This document shows positions 54,923-63,387 of a stretch of DNA of 64,000 nucleotides, one piece after another. Within the stretch, counting starts at the first letter, position 1, and every line of letters starts with the position of its first letter. The stretch comes from an uncultured virus (IMG/VR IMGVR_UViG_3300030044_000012). Taxonomy: Duplodnaviria; Heunggongvirae; Uroviricota; Caudoviricetes. The DNA is taken from IMG/VR virus record IMGVR_UViG_3300030044_000012. One strand, written 5' to 3'. Below the pieces are notes generated by a model. The model had not been told where the DNA came from. It did not search any database and was given only the letters and a program-made list of their open reading frames with translations. A program made the position numbers and the translations under genes.

Positions 54923-56146
54923 TTATTTACGTTCAGATTGCTTCTCTTTACGGCGAGAGGCGTGCCATTTCTTCAAACCTTCAATCATCTTCTCCTTGTT
55001 TTTTTCGGAGAGGACTCTTTTCTTCTTCACCTTAACCTTGGATTCCGGTAGACGGTTTTTATTCTTCCGGGGACGACCACGGCGTTTGGGAGCCACTTGA
55101 CCTTTCTTAGGTTCAGGTATCTCCTCTTCACTACTTAATACTGGAATTTTCAGATTTGGATCAATTTCTGATATTTGTTGAGCGGAAAATTTGTACGTCT
55201 TTCCGTACTTGTTAATGACCTCTCGGTAGTTTGATATATTAGGGTCTATCTGGCGGAAGTAATCCCGCATCAAGTGGTCTTTCACGATGCAGTAAATGAT
55301 GAAATAATTCTTGGGGACTTTGATGTCTCCAGTCTTTAGTGCCTCAACCACCTTACGGCAAATCTCCATTGGATCATGCTGGTTCTCAATCAAAATGAGG
55401 CGTTTAACCAAAGCAGTCACTGTCTTCTGTCGCGAATGCCGCTTAGGTTCCGGAGAGTGCTCTTCTTGAATATGTGAGGGAGAGGAGACATCTTCAAGCT
55501 TCAAGTCTTCTTCGATCAACTTTAACCCTATGGCCCCTTGGTCAATAATCAACCCTTCTACCAATGGACAGAAGTAGTACACCCGCTCGTTGGCAGGTAC
55601 ATGGGAAATGTTAAGAAGATTGCGGAGAGGTGTTTCGAGAAGTATACTCTTGGTTTTGAGGTTGATTCGAACAATAGCTTTGCCATCTCCGATGGCTTCT
55701 ACGACACCACAATAATCGCGAGTGTCACCGTTCAAAACCCGCACAAAGGAATCCACTTCAATCCCCACACCGCGATTGAGGAACTCCTCTTCTGCTTGAA
55801 CAATAAGACTTTGAACATAAGCGTCGTCAACCGGGATAGCCTTTGAGGGTCGGTTAGAGTCTCCCTCAGTTACGAGGGATACAACTCCGGTTATGGTCTT
55901 CAATCGAAGGAGACTGGAGAAACTGGTACTGCGAACAAACACATAGCAGCCAGTCTTCATCTCAAAAACGTCTAAGTCACGTTTGAACACCGGAATGAAT
56001 ATTTCAATGGGATCATTACGGAAAATGTTGGGAATAGCTTTCCCAATTCTACGCATCGTGGGTTCAATGGTTTTCTCGCTTCTGAGTTCAACCATGAACC
56101 AAGGCTCACTTTGTAATTTCGAAACATCGCCATATTCAAGTATCAT
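54923..56146 (-). CDS. NusG-family transcription factor (NGN+KOW) with long C-terminal extension and AT-hook
   Basis: WFMV...IEIFIP...GCYVFV...ITGVVSLV...IPVDD (NGN); VRVLNGDTRDYCGVVEAI...AIVRI (KOW); PKRRGRPRK. Confidence 0.82.
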   Translation of the reverse strand: MILEYGDVSKLQSEPWFMVELRSEKTIEPTMRRIGKAIPNIFRNDPIEIFIPVFKRDLDVFEMKTGCYVFVRSTSFSSLLRLKTITGVVSLVTEGDSNRPSKAIPVDDAYVQSLIVQAEEEFLNRGVGIEVDSFVRVLNGDTRDYCGVVEAIGDGKAIVRINLKTKSILLETPLRNLLNISHVPANERVYYFCPLVEGLIIDQGAIGLKLIEEDLKLEDVSSPSHIQEEHSPEPKRHSRQKTVTALVKRLILIENQHDPMEICRKVVEALKTGDIKVPKNYFIIYCIVKDHLMRDYFRQIDPNISNYREVINKYGKTYKFSAQQISEIDPNLKIPVLSSEEEIPEPKKGQVAPKRRGRPRKNKNRLPESKVKVKKKRVLSEKNKEKMIEGLKKWHASRRKEKQSERK

Positions 56147-56199
56147 TTATATAATCCAAGTCAGAAACACACAAGCCCATCAGCTTAATACTGCATTTT

Positions 56200-57327
56200 T
56201 CAGTTGTTGAGAAACTTATCGAAATCATGCTGTTCTATCAATGAGCTACCGTCCTTCTTGACAGGCCGAGAAGAGGCACTAGTTGAAGTCTCTGAAGTGT
56301 TGAGAAGTTCATAAACAACCAAAGGTAGAGCATCGGCGGGTAGATTGGTATTGGACAACCACTTAACAAAGATGGAGTCTATAGCAGCCACATTGGGAAG
56401 CCGAAGGGCAATGTTATAGTAGGGAGTACCCGGCTCTGCCCACGGCGTACGGGCGTAAATAGAGAACAATACTTCGATTACCCTACTTGTACTATAGTTC
56501 CGTCCTGCCTCATCTATATACTTCACCGCCTCGACCTGATTATCCTCGATGATGGACTCATAGCACTTCAAACACAGGTCTTCGAGGTTATCATGCAAAG
56601 CATCTTTGACGATGCCGACTGTAATTGCCCCCATGGACGCCACTATACCCAGCCATTTTACGGCGTCTCTTACAATACCTTTGGATTTTTGGGCGATGTG
56701 CCGCAGAGCGTCATGCTCGTACTGAAGATCATTCTGATTTGCCAGATTAACTAACAGGCCAAAGATAAGATCAACATGAACCCGTTCAAAATAGAGAGGA
56801 GTGAGACGGCTGACGATGTTAGGTGGAACGCTCTCAGGTTGGTTGGAAACGAAGATGAAGATGCTGGAGGTATCCTTGGCTTCAGTCGGCTTCAGGTATA
56901 CATCCCATGCTTCTTTGGATAGCTGATGAGCCTCGTCTATGATGATGACCCTCCGCTTAGACATAGCGGAGGGTGGAGAATTCATCACATCCATCAAATT
57001 ACGAGCGTTCTCTACACCGGAGGTTGAGGCCGCATCCACCTCTGAGAAATCGGCTGACAGATTTAAACCCCGTTCGATGTCTTCAGCCTTATCAATGAAC
57101 GTGCAAGAAGGGCACTTTCCACAGCCTAGAGGATCACTGCCCGTACACATAAGGGCACGAGCTAGTAGGTAGGCACATGTGGTCTTCCCGACCCCTACAG
57201 AGCCTTGAAAGAGGTAACCACGAGGCATGAACCTTTCGGTCTTAAGGATGCAGCCAAGGAGCTTTACCGCCCGTTCCTGCCCCACCACTTCTACCCAATA
57301 GTTTGGCCGATTGGCGATTAGATTCAT
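56200..57327 (-). CDS. dnaX: DNA polymerase III gamma/tau-like clamp-loader ATPase
   Basis: RP..W.EVVGQ, GSVGVGKTT, C...CGKCPSC, EVDAAS..GVE, IIDEAHQLS, IVSR, G.VRDA. Confidence 0.88.
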   Translation of the reverse strand: MNLIANRPNYWVEVVGQERAVKLLGCILKTERFMPRGYLFQGSVGVGKTTCAYLLARALMCTGSDPLGCGKCPSCTFIDKAEDIERGLNLSADFSEVDAASTSGVENARNLMDVMNSPPSAMSKRRVIIIDEAHQLSKEAWDVYLKPTEAKDTSSIFIFVSNQPESVPPNIVSRLTPLYFERVHVDLIFGLLVNLANQNDLQYEHDALRHIAQKSKGIVRDAVKWLGIVASMGAITVGIVKDALHDNLEDLCLKCYESIIEDNQVEAVKYIDEAGRNYSTSRVIEVLFSIYARTPWAEPGTPYYNIALRLPNVAAIDSIFVKWLSNTNLPADALPLVVYELLNTSETSTSASSRPVKKDGSSLIEQHDFDKFLNN

Positions 57328-57457
57328 GTCACCTGATTCTCTTCATTGTAATACCGCGTCCCAGCCCCATGTGAAAGAAATGGGGCGCAAGAAACCCAAG
57401 CCGGATGCCCGAGTCCATCACCAGCCACATACAAAACTTACCCCACAGATTGAACAC

Positions 57458-57880
57458 CTACTTACCGCCTGTGTTGGCGGCTGATTGCCGGAGCAGCTTA
57501 CTGAACTTGTAGAAGGCATCCACGGTCAATCCATCCATTTGATCCTGTAGGTCACCGAGTTGACGCACATCGTACCACTCAGCTTCTTCCCAGTCACCAT
57601 CCGGCTTCAGTTCGCCGCTGATGTACGTCGAGTAGACGTAGATGACCACGCGGTGGTCGTTCAACTTTTTGTTAAGAACTTCAGATACGAAGATGACATT
57701 CTCAGGGTTGGTGGCTACACCGGCAAGAGTCAATACACCACGGACAGCCGCAGCTTTCAGTTCCTCAAATGGTTCGATACCCCCACTCGGGATTTCCCAA
57801 AGGCCGTTCTTTGAGCGACCGATAAGAACACGGCCTTCCTTCATAATCAGAGATGCGACTTCAGTCGTTGGTTGACTCAT
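57458..57880 (-). CDS. Nudix-fold protein with degenerate Nudix box
   Basis: WEIPSGGIEPFEELKAAAVRGVLTLAGV lacks the RExxEE glutamates. Confidence 0.7.
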   Translation of the reverse strand: MSQPTTEVASLIMKEGRVLIGRSKNGLWEIPSGGIEPFEELKAAAVRGVLTLAGVATNPENVIFVSEVLNKKLNDHRVVIYVYSTYISGELKPDGDWEEAEWYDVRQLGDLQDQMDGLTVDAFYKFSKLLRQSAANTGGK

Positions 57881-58136
57881 ATAAAATCCTTTTCTGTGGG
57901 AGCTTCAGCATGTCACTGAGGCACTGTAATGCAGTTGGGCCTTCAAACTCACCGAGAGTTACATCTCCACGGACAAGCCCCTGATATTGAGCAGCTTTAA
58001 GGATGCCTTCGAGTAGACTGTAGATGTTCCCGTTTCTAACATGGCATCCCTCACATTCAATTGTTGAATCATAATCCCGAGGCGAGGGGGCGTCGGGATT
58101 ATAGCGTTCGTTGAGGCCACATGTTGGGCATTTCAT
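57861..58136 (-). CDS. Small zinc-finger protein
   Basis: CPTC...CEGC. Confidence 0.6.
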   Translation of the reverse strand: MKCPTCGLNERYNPDAPSPRDYDSTIECEGCHVRNGNIYSLLEGILKAAQYQGLVRGDVTLGEFEGPTALQCLSDMLKLPQKRILYESTND

Positions 58137-58327
58137 ATACGCATATCCACGAACTCGATTTTAAACTGAGGGTACTTAGCCCTAAAGTCTTCAACCGCCT
58201 GTTCGGGGGTCATTCCCGGTTTGCTCTTACCCTTCATGAAAGTGTTTCGACCTTCGATGAACATGGTCATTAGATGACGAGTTGGATCATCGGGACAAGT
58301 CTCTGCAACGAATTGTACCTTTTTCAT
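58133..58327 (-). CDS. Hypothetical protein
   Basis: Coupled ORF. Confidence 0.6.
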   Translation of the reverse strand: MKKVQFVAETCPDDPTRHLMTMFIEGRNTFMKGKSKPGMTPEQAVEDFRAKYPQFKIEFVDMRI

Positions 58328-58566
58328 TAAACCTCTCCGTGTATGTGTTTTTGTCCAATGAAAAGACAGTTAGGGCGACCGCAGTCCTCAGGAGTGTCCT
58401 TCCACTCCTCCTCCCAATCTTTTTGATGGGCCACCTTCTGACAGGCAAAGCATTGGTGTTTACCGAACCTTATTTCGTCCTCAGAGCCATCACACGGCCA
58501 GTGCATATCCCACTGTTTGCCGCAGTCTTTGCAGGTAACACGGAAAGTGTTGGATGGGTGCCTCAT
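58327..58566 (-). CDS. Small zinc-finger protein
   Basis: CKDC...CFAC...CGRPNC...HIH. Confidence 0.6.
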   Translation of the reverse strand: MRHPSNTFRVTCKDCGKQWDMHWPCDGSEDEIRFGKHQCFACQKVAHQKDWEEEWKDTPEDCGRPNCLFIGQKHIHGEV

Positions 58567-59873
58567 ACCTCTTCCTCATCTGGCACCCCAACTTCATTGT
58601 TGGTATGAGCCGGTACAATGAGCCCGTACTTCTTGTCAATCTCTAAAGTGCCCACCACGTTGTCGATGAATTCAAGAATGGACAGGTGGAGTCCATCCAG
58701 CCACATGTACCAAAAGTCCTTGATGGTGAGCCGCCCCTTTGCCTTGATGGCCGTCTTTACTTCACGCTTGAACTGAGGCAGGTCGAAGCCACGAAGCAGA
58801 GCGGAACCGGCGTCTTGAAGATTGACATTGTCATTGATGTCAATAGTGAACACATCCCTGCGAAAAGTCTTTTCCCCATCTTTAGTGTTTCTGATGGCAA
58901 GTTCCTGAAACACTACAGCAGCGGATGCAACCTCTGCATCATTAGACATATTGAGCAGAGAGAAGGCCACCGAAGGTGAGGCCACGGTTACAGGATCAAT
59001 TGGCTTGTGAATACGGATACGAGCCGGTGTGCTGAGACCTGCCCACAATTCCGTTTCCAACGGAGCAAGAGCAAAGAAGGTAGAAACAATCTTCTCCACT
59101 TGCTTGTCATCCAACTTCTCAATCTCATCTTCGCGGAACCGGGCGAGTTCATCCGCACGTTTCTTCATATCAGCGGTGAAATGTGTATTATCCACGATAC
59201 GACTGAGGAATTCAGTCGGCCAAGTGGGATACTTAAAATCCCACACCAATGGAAAGGTCTTTGCCCCCAACTTTGTCAATAGATCGGCGACAGAGATAAC
59301 ATCATCCTTGTTGGATGAAGCCACATAGACCCGCCCATTCTGGAAGTCCACGAGAACGGGAAACTGACTACGGTTGAGCACAGCCTCTGCTGCCACTTGG
59401 TCTTCAATCGTCTTCTTCTCTTCCTTGACGAGAAACTTGAAGGGGCGCTCACGGTCAGTGTAAGCAATCTGCTCTTTCTTCGAGTTAGGGTCGGTCGGGT
59501 CTTCCGGGTAATTTAGAACTACCCAAAACCCATACTTGTTGTTACTGAGCGACATAGTCTCCTCAGTGCCTACAAACCCCAAGCTATTCTGAATTAGTTG
59601 CAAGTCTTCTGTATTTGGCAGGGAATCGCCGTCCATTCGCACCAAAATATCACTAAGGTTAGAGATAGCTTCAACGTCGGCCACTGTCTCATCCAAACGA
59701 GGGCTACCGAACGGGTTTATGCCGAGGGCTTCTTGATTTTGAAACTTGGAAGTGATTGATGCTGCAAGTTGCGAAACCTTGAATGCCGTAAGGGGGTCAG
59801 CCAATGCTTTTTGAAACCCCACGATACTCGCCGACTCTACTCCAAAGACTGCCCAGTTACCTCGTCCAAACAT
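58563..59873 (-). CDS. RdgC-like protein (tentative)
   Basis: KEEKKTIEDQV...SQFPVLVDFQNGRVYVASSNKDDVISVADLLTKLGAKTFPL resembles the RdgC core (EK..LKDEV...SQ...ID..NG.I.V..AS......LL...LG.....PL). Confidence 0.5.
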   Translation of the reverse strand: MFGRGNWAVFGVESASIVGFQKALADPLTAFKVSQLAASITSKFQNQEALGINPFGSPRLDETVADVEAISNLSDILVRMDGDSLPNTEDLQLIQNSLGFVGTEETMSLSNNKYGFWVVLNYPEDPTDPNSKKEQIAYTDRERPFKFLVKEEKKTIEDQVAAEAVLNRSQFPVLVDFQNGRVYVASSNKDDVISVADLLTKLGAKTFPLVWDFKYPTWPTEFLSRIVDNTHFTADMKKRADELARFREDEIEKLDDKQVEKIVSTFFALAPLETELWAGLSTPARIRIHKPIDPVTVASPSVAFSLLNMSNDAEVASAAVVFQELAIRNTKDGEKTFRRDVFTIDINDNVNLQDAGSALLRGFDLPQFKREVKTAIKAKGRLTIKDFWYMWLDGLHLSILEFIDNVVGTLEIDKKYGLIVPAHTNNEVGVPDEEEV

Positions 59874-60028
59874 GTGTTCTCCTCATACCTTCTCAAATAC
59901 TTGATTAAACCTAAAATTCGATTTTCATCCTCGCCCAACATACCTAACCCAACATTACAGGTGTTGCATAACAACCCTCTAGCCTTGCCAGTTTTGTGGT
60001 CATGGTCTACATGCCACGTGTCAGGCAT
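59837..60028 (-). pseudogene. C-terminal remnant of an Endonuclease VII-type homing nuclease
   Basis: HVDHDHKTGKARGLLCNTCNVGLG present; first CxxC and N-terminus absent. Confidence 0.75.
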
Positions 60029-60275
60029 TCTCCGCCTCGATTACAAAGTTGCACTGTTCAGGCGGACCACATGGTTCAGGATCGCTCATGGCGATGTAGA
60101 CCTGCTCACCGTTTTCAACTTGATTATCGCCGGGAGTATCCCACAGCTTGAACAAGTCACCCTTACGGAGAAGGTCGAATGTAACAACCTCCCACCCTTC
60201 GACACCTTTGCGTTCTACCCTGCGTAACACCGCCGGTTTGGGTAGAGTTACTTCACCAATCAATTCGTCCATCAA
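60021..60275 (-). CDS. Hypothetical protein
   Basis: ORF track. Confidence 0.6.
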   Translation of the reverse strand: MMDELIGEVTLPKPAVLRRVERKGVEGWEVVTFDLLRKGDLFKLWDTPGDNQVENGEQVYIAMSDPEPCGPPEQCNFVIEAENA

Positions 60276-60470
60276 AATTCAACCTCAAATTCTTCATCGT
60301 TATCAGCGGTGAGGTAGTCTTCACCCCTTTGTTGAGTCCCCCATCCACTTCTCTTCAATGGGATGGCCTATGGCATCACCAATCGCTTCGCCGAGAACGG
60401 CACCAAACACCTTGGACTTCGTGTCGGGCGTGTCGGTGTAGATTGGGGTGGTTCTAATGTTCTTTCCCAT
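60273..60470 (-). pseudogene. ADP-ribosylglycohydrolase remnant (large internal deletion)
   Basis: SKVFGAVLGEAIGDAIGHPIE is the ARH N-terminal motif, followed by a stop after 49 aa; an acidic tail GEDYLTADNDEEFEVEF* follows out of frame. Confidence 0.7.
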
Positions 60471-60530
60471 GTTAGGTTCCGGACACCCGGTCGGGGTACT
60501 TGGTTGGGATAATCCCCTCAACTTTTACCT

Positions 60531-60704
60531 TCAAAATGCGGTGGGGCGGGTAGTGCTCGAACTCTCCCTTGCCATCATTGTGACGATACCCGCCGAGTAT
60601 GATAGCCGAGGCGTGTTCACGAGCTTTATGGGCTCAACCAGTTGAGCCCTTTCAGGGTCTATCTGGCGGAAGCAATCTACCTCTGGTACTTTATTGCTTT
60701 CCAT
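60531..60704 (-). CDS. Small hypothetical protein
   Basis: Start MESNKV. Confidence 0.45.
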   Translation of the reverse strand: MESNKVPEVDCFRQIDPERAQLVEPIKLVNTPRLSYSAGIVTMMARESSSTTRPTAF

Positions 60705-60864
60705 ACCTACCCCCTTTTTTGTAGTGTTCAAACAGGTCATGTGCTGCTTGGCCGGTTAGGGTACGCGAGGAGATATGAAGTAGGATTAAGGGAAACTCAC
60801 TCTCTATAATCCAACCATCATCTGTAAGCTTCTGTTCCAAACTTCGCTTTGATTCTGTGTCCAT
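60691..60864 (-). CDS. Small hypothetical protein
   Basis: Start MDTESK 8 nt after AGTATTA. Confidence 0.55.
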   Translation of the reverse strand: MDTESKRSLEQKLTDDGWIIESEFPLILLHISSRTLTGQAAHDLFEHYKKGGRYGKQ

Positions 60865-60871
60865 AATCCCC

Positions 60872-61705
60872 TTAATACTCAAATTCCATGGTAAGCATGT
60901 GCTGTAATTCACGGGCGAGTACAGGAATTTTGAGGCACTCTGAGGGATCGGATTTGGGGCAACTGAGCACTTTTACATTCATCGTCTTGATAGTCGCAGC
61001 TTGCTGGGCGGCTGACATGTTCCCTGCTCCGGCTTCTTCTCCCTCTTTAGCTACCTCATTGTCATACAGCAGAAACAGGTCGGTGACGCCCAGCATTCTA
61101 AGGTATGCTTGGTGTTGCCGACCCACTACCTTGGTTAGGGGGGAAATTATAGGGTAGTCTGGGCACATGAGTCTAGCCGCGAGAAGGTCGAAGCCCCCCT
61201 CTACAACAACCACCTTACGCATGTCTATGATTTTCTTCAGAGTAGCATAATCATTCCCAAGCCAACGAGGGCCGATTTGATTCTGTTTATCGCCGATGTA
61301 CCTATACTTCATGCCGGGAATAGCGAGTAGACTGGTTTCCAGTGGCTTAGTTTGAGCACTGACAAGCTTACCATCTACATCTCGAATTGGAAAAATGAAA
61401 GCGGGTCCGGGTATGATGCGGTTGGGTACATAGAAGAACCCAAGCTGCTTGAGGACAGTCTCAAAATGCTTGTCATACAATTTGAGACTGGGAGCCCAGC
61501 CACGGGCTTCGATAATCTTCTTTTTGGTGAAGGGTACCTTGGCCTTATCCGGGCATATTTCTGCGACCCGATTGTAGAAAACATCCGTCTCCTCAATTAC
61601 TCGATTAACATCCGTCTCCCACCACTTCTTCGTATCCTGTGCAGTCACACTCGCCTCCCTCTCCCCTGCAACCAGTAGGAGTCGCCGGATAAACGTCAAG
61701 ATCAT
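60872..61705 (-). CDS. DNA primase-like TOPRIM protein
   Basis: FIFPIRDVDGK, KYRY, VVVEGGFDLLA, LLYDNE, KSDPSE. Confidence 0.82.
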   Translation of the reverse strand: MILTFIRRLLLVAGEREASVTAQDTKKWWETDVNRVIEETDVFYNRVAEICPDKAKVPFTKKKIIEARGWAPSLKLYDKHFETVLKQLGFFYVPNRIIPGPAFIFPIRDVDGKLVSAQTKPLETSLLAIPGMKYRYIGDKQNQIGPRWLGNDYATLKKIIDMRKVVVVEGGFDLLAARLMCPDYPIISPLTKVVGRQHQAYLRMLGVTDLFLLYDNEVAKEGEEAGAGNMSAAQQAATIKTMNVKVLSCPKSDPSECLKIPVLARELQHMLTMEFEY

Positions 61706-61761
61706 CAAAGCCACTCCCCCAGCATCGAAATAGATGCACAAAAAAAGAGTGGTTACACTTA

Positions 61762-62178
61762 TTACAGTTCGGTGTGTTCGGTGCTGTTATCAGGCTCATG
61801 ATTTTCCACTTGTTGAATGATATGCTCCGAGATTATCTCATCTTCAGAATCGAACTGCCCTGTCACCCATAGAAATACCACCAAATCCCGGTAGTCTCTC
61901 AGTAGAATTTTAGGGTCTCGAAGAGCTTTCCTGAATTGCTCCGACAATTCATCCTTGGAATATAGAGGGACAAACTGTTCATGTCGTTTGCAGAACTCCG
62001 GGTTTCGAGAGCCACAGGTGTCACAACCGAGAACCGTCCGTCCAGCAACATCGGCGAAGCTGCAATTGTTAGGACATGGGCGCAGAAACCGCTTTAGAAA
62101 ACGGCGGCGATGACGATGCACCAACTCTTTGAAACGAGCAAGTACCTCATCAAGAGATTTCAGCTTTATCGGTTTCAT
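61762..62178 (-). CDS. Cys-rich hypothetical protein
   Basis: PCPNNC...CDTC...FC; AGTATTA motif at 62197-62203. Confidence 0.65.
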   Translation of the reverse strand: MKPIKLKSLDEVLARFKELVHRHRRRFLKRFLRPCPNNCSFADVAGRTVLGCDTCGSRNPEFCKRHEQFVPLYSKDELSEQFRKALRDPKILLRDYRDLVVFLWVTGQFDSEDEIISEHIIQQVENHEPDNSTEHTEL

Positions 62179-62833
62179 CAGGCTCCCCTACTTCACTAAT
62201 ACTGACCTGTTCACGTAGGGTCGGTGGGCTTGTTGGAACAACCTCATAAACATGCCTCGCAGCCTCAGTTAACTCAGCCACCTGAGTCACAGCAAGAATG
62301 GTGAATCCATGATCTTCAGACAATGTTTTGAGCATTGCTGAGACGTTGGTGACAAAATTGATGTAGTCCACTGAAACGTTGGCGAAAACCTCATCAAGGG
62401 CAACCAGCTTTGCCAATTTAAATCGCTTGATGAAAATAATGCGGAGAAGAAACGCTACAACATTCTGCACGCCGCCGCCGAATGAATCCATGGGGTTACC
62501 CACGGTATCTCCATGTTTGATTAACAGCCGGTATGAGTAACCTCTCGCTGTTTCTTTCTTTTCTACGACAAGGGCGAGGGTTTTATCATTAAACACCCGG
62601 TGCAACCCGGCAGATACAACCGATTCAATTTTACCTATGCCGTTAGCTGAGACAATCTCGATGCATTTGTCAATAAGCCCGACCGCTTTAACAAGCTGAG
62701 CCGACTCTTCTTTAAGTCGGTCAATCCTGTTCGTGAGACGAGTGATGGTCGTCCTCTCATTTTCAAGCTGTTGCTCGATACGAGTGCGACCGTTGCGGAA
62801 AACCGCAATGCGATTAGAGAGGCTTTGTTCCAT
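62150..62833 (-). CDS. SbcC/Rad50-like ATPase, C-terminal half (coiled coil, signature, Walker B)
   Basis: Coiled coil, then SFGGG signature, VALDEVFANV, ILAVTQ; no Walker A. Confidence 0.75.
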   Translation of the reverse strand: MEQSLSNRIAVFRNGRTRIEQQLENERTTITRLTNRIDRLKEESAQLVKAVGLIDKCIEIVSANGIGKIESVVSAGLHRVFNDKTLALVVEKKETARGYSYRLLIKHGDTVGNPMDSFGGGVQNVVAFLLRIIFIKRFKLAKLVALDEVFANVSVDYINFVTNVSAMLKTLSEDHGFTILAVTQVAELTEAARHVYEVVPTSPPTLREQVSISEVGEPDETDKAEIS

Positions 62834-63015
62834 TAGGTAACAACCCGATCTTCATTAAAACGCAGAACCTCAAACATGTTCTTATCGGATAACTGACCTT
62901 CTAGGGGTCCGCCAAGCCGCAACAACGCTAACCCCAAAAGGTATTTCAATTCGGTCTCGGAGCTTACAACATCGAGCCCATTTTTAATCTGTGTCACTAT
63001 CTCAGGAAGTTCCAA
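62833..63015 (-). CDS. Small hypothetical protein
   Basis: SD GGAGGAG, TTG start. Confidence 0.55.
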   Translation of the reverse strand: MELPEIVTQIKNGLDVVSSETELKYLLGLALLRLGGPLEGQLSDKNMFEVLRFNEDRVVT

Positions 63016-63016
63016 A

Positions 63017-63292
63017 TTACTCCTCCACTAGTTTGTCGATGTAGTAAACGATTTCGTAAGTCCCACCGACACCTTGGGATTGGTTGACAGCGAAAATCTG
63101 GTGATCCAACGCCGAGAGTTCATTCAGCTTATCGGCCACGTAGCGGTTTTGAACGTTGACCTGAGACCAGAAGCGAGTTTTCCGCCGGAAGGTCTTGGTC
63201 TTGGCCTTCTCCTCATCCCTTTTGAGTGATGCCTTTACGAGTTCTGTTAACTCAGAATCGGAGAGTTGAACCTTCTTGTTTACTTTGACCAT
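63017..63292 (-). CDS. Hypothetical protein
   Basis: SD AAGGAG. Confidence 0.65.
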   Translation of the reverse strand: MVKVNKKVQLSDSELTELVKASLKRDEEKAKTKTFRRKTRFWSQVNVQNRYVADKLNELSALDHQIFAVNQSQGVGGTYEIVYYIDKLVEE

Positions 63293-63387
63293 GATGATGC
63301 TCCTTTTACCACCTATCTTATTTACTGCGATTTTCTGAACCGGGTAACAATTGATACTTAGAATGATGGTACTTCTGACGAATCTTT

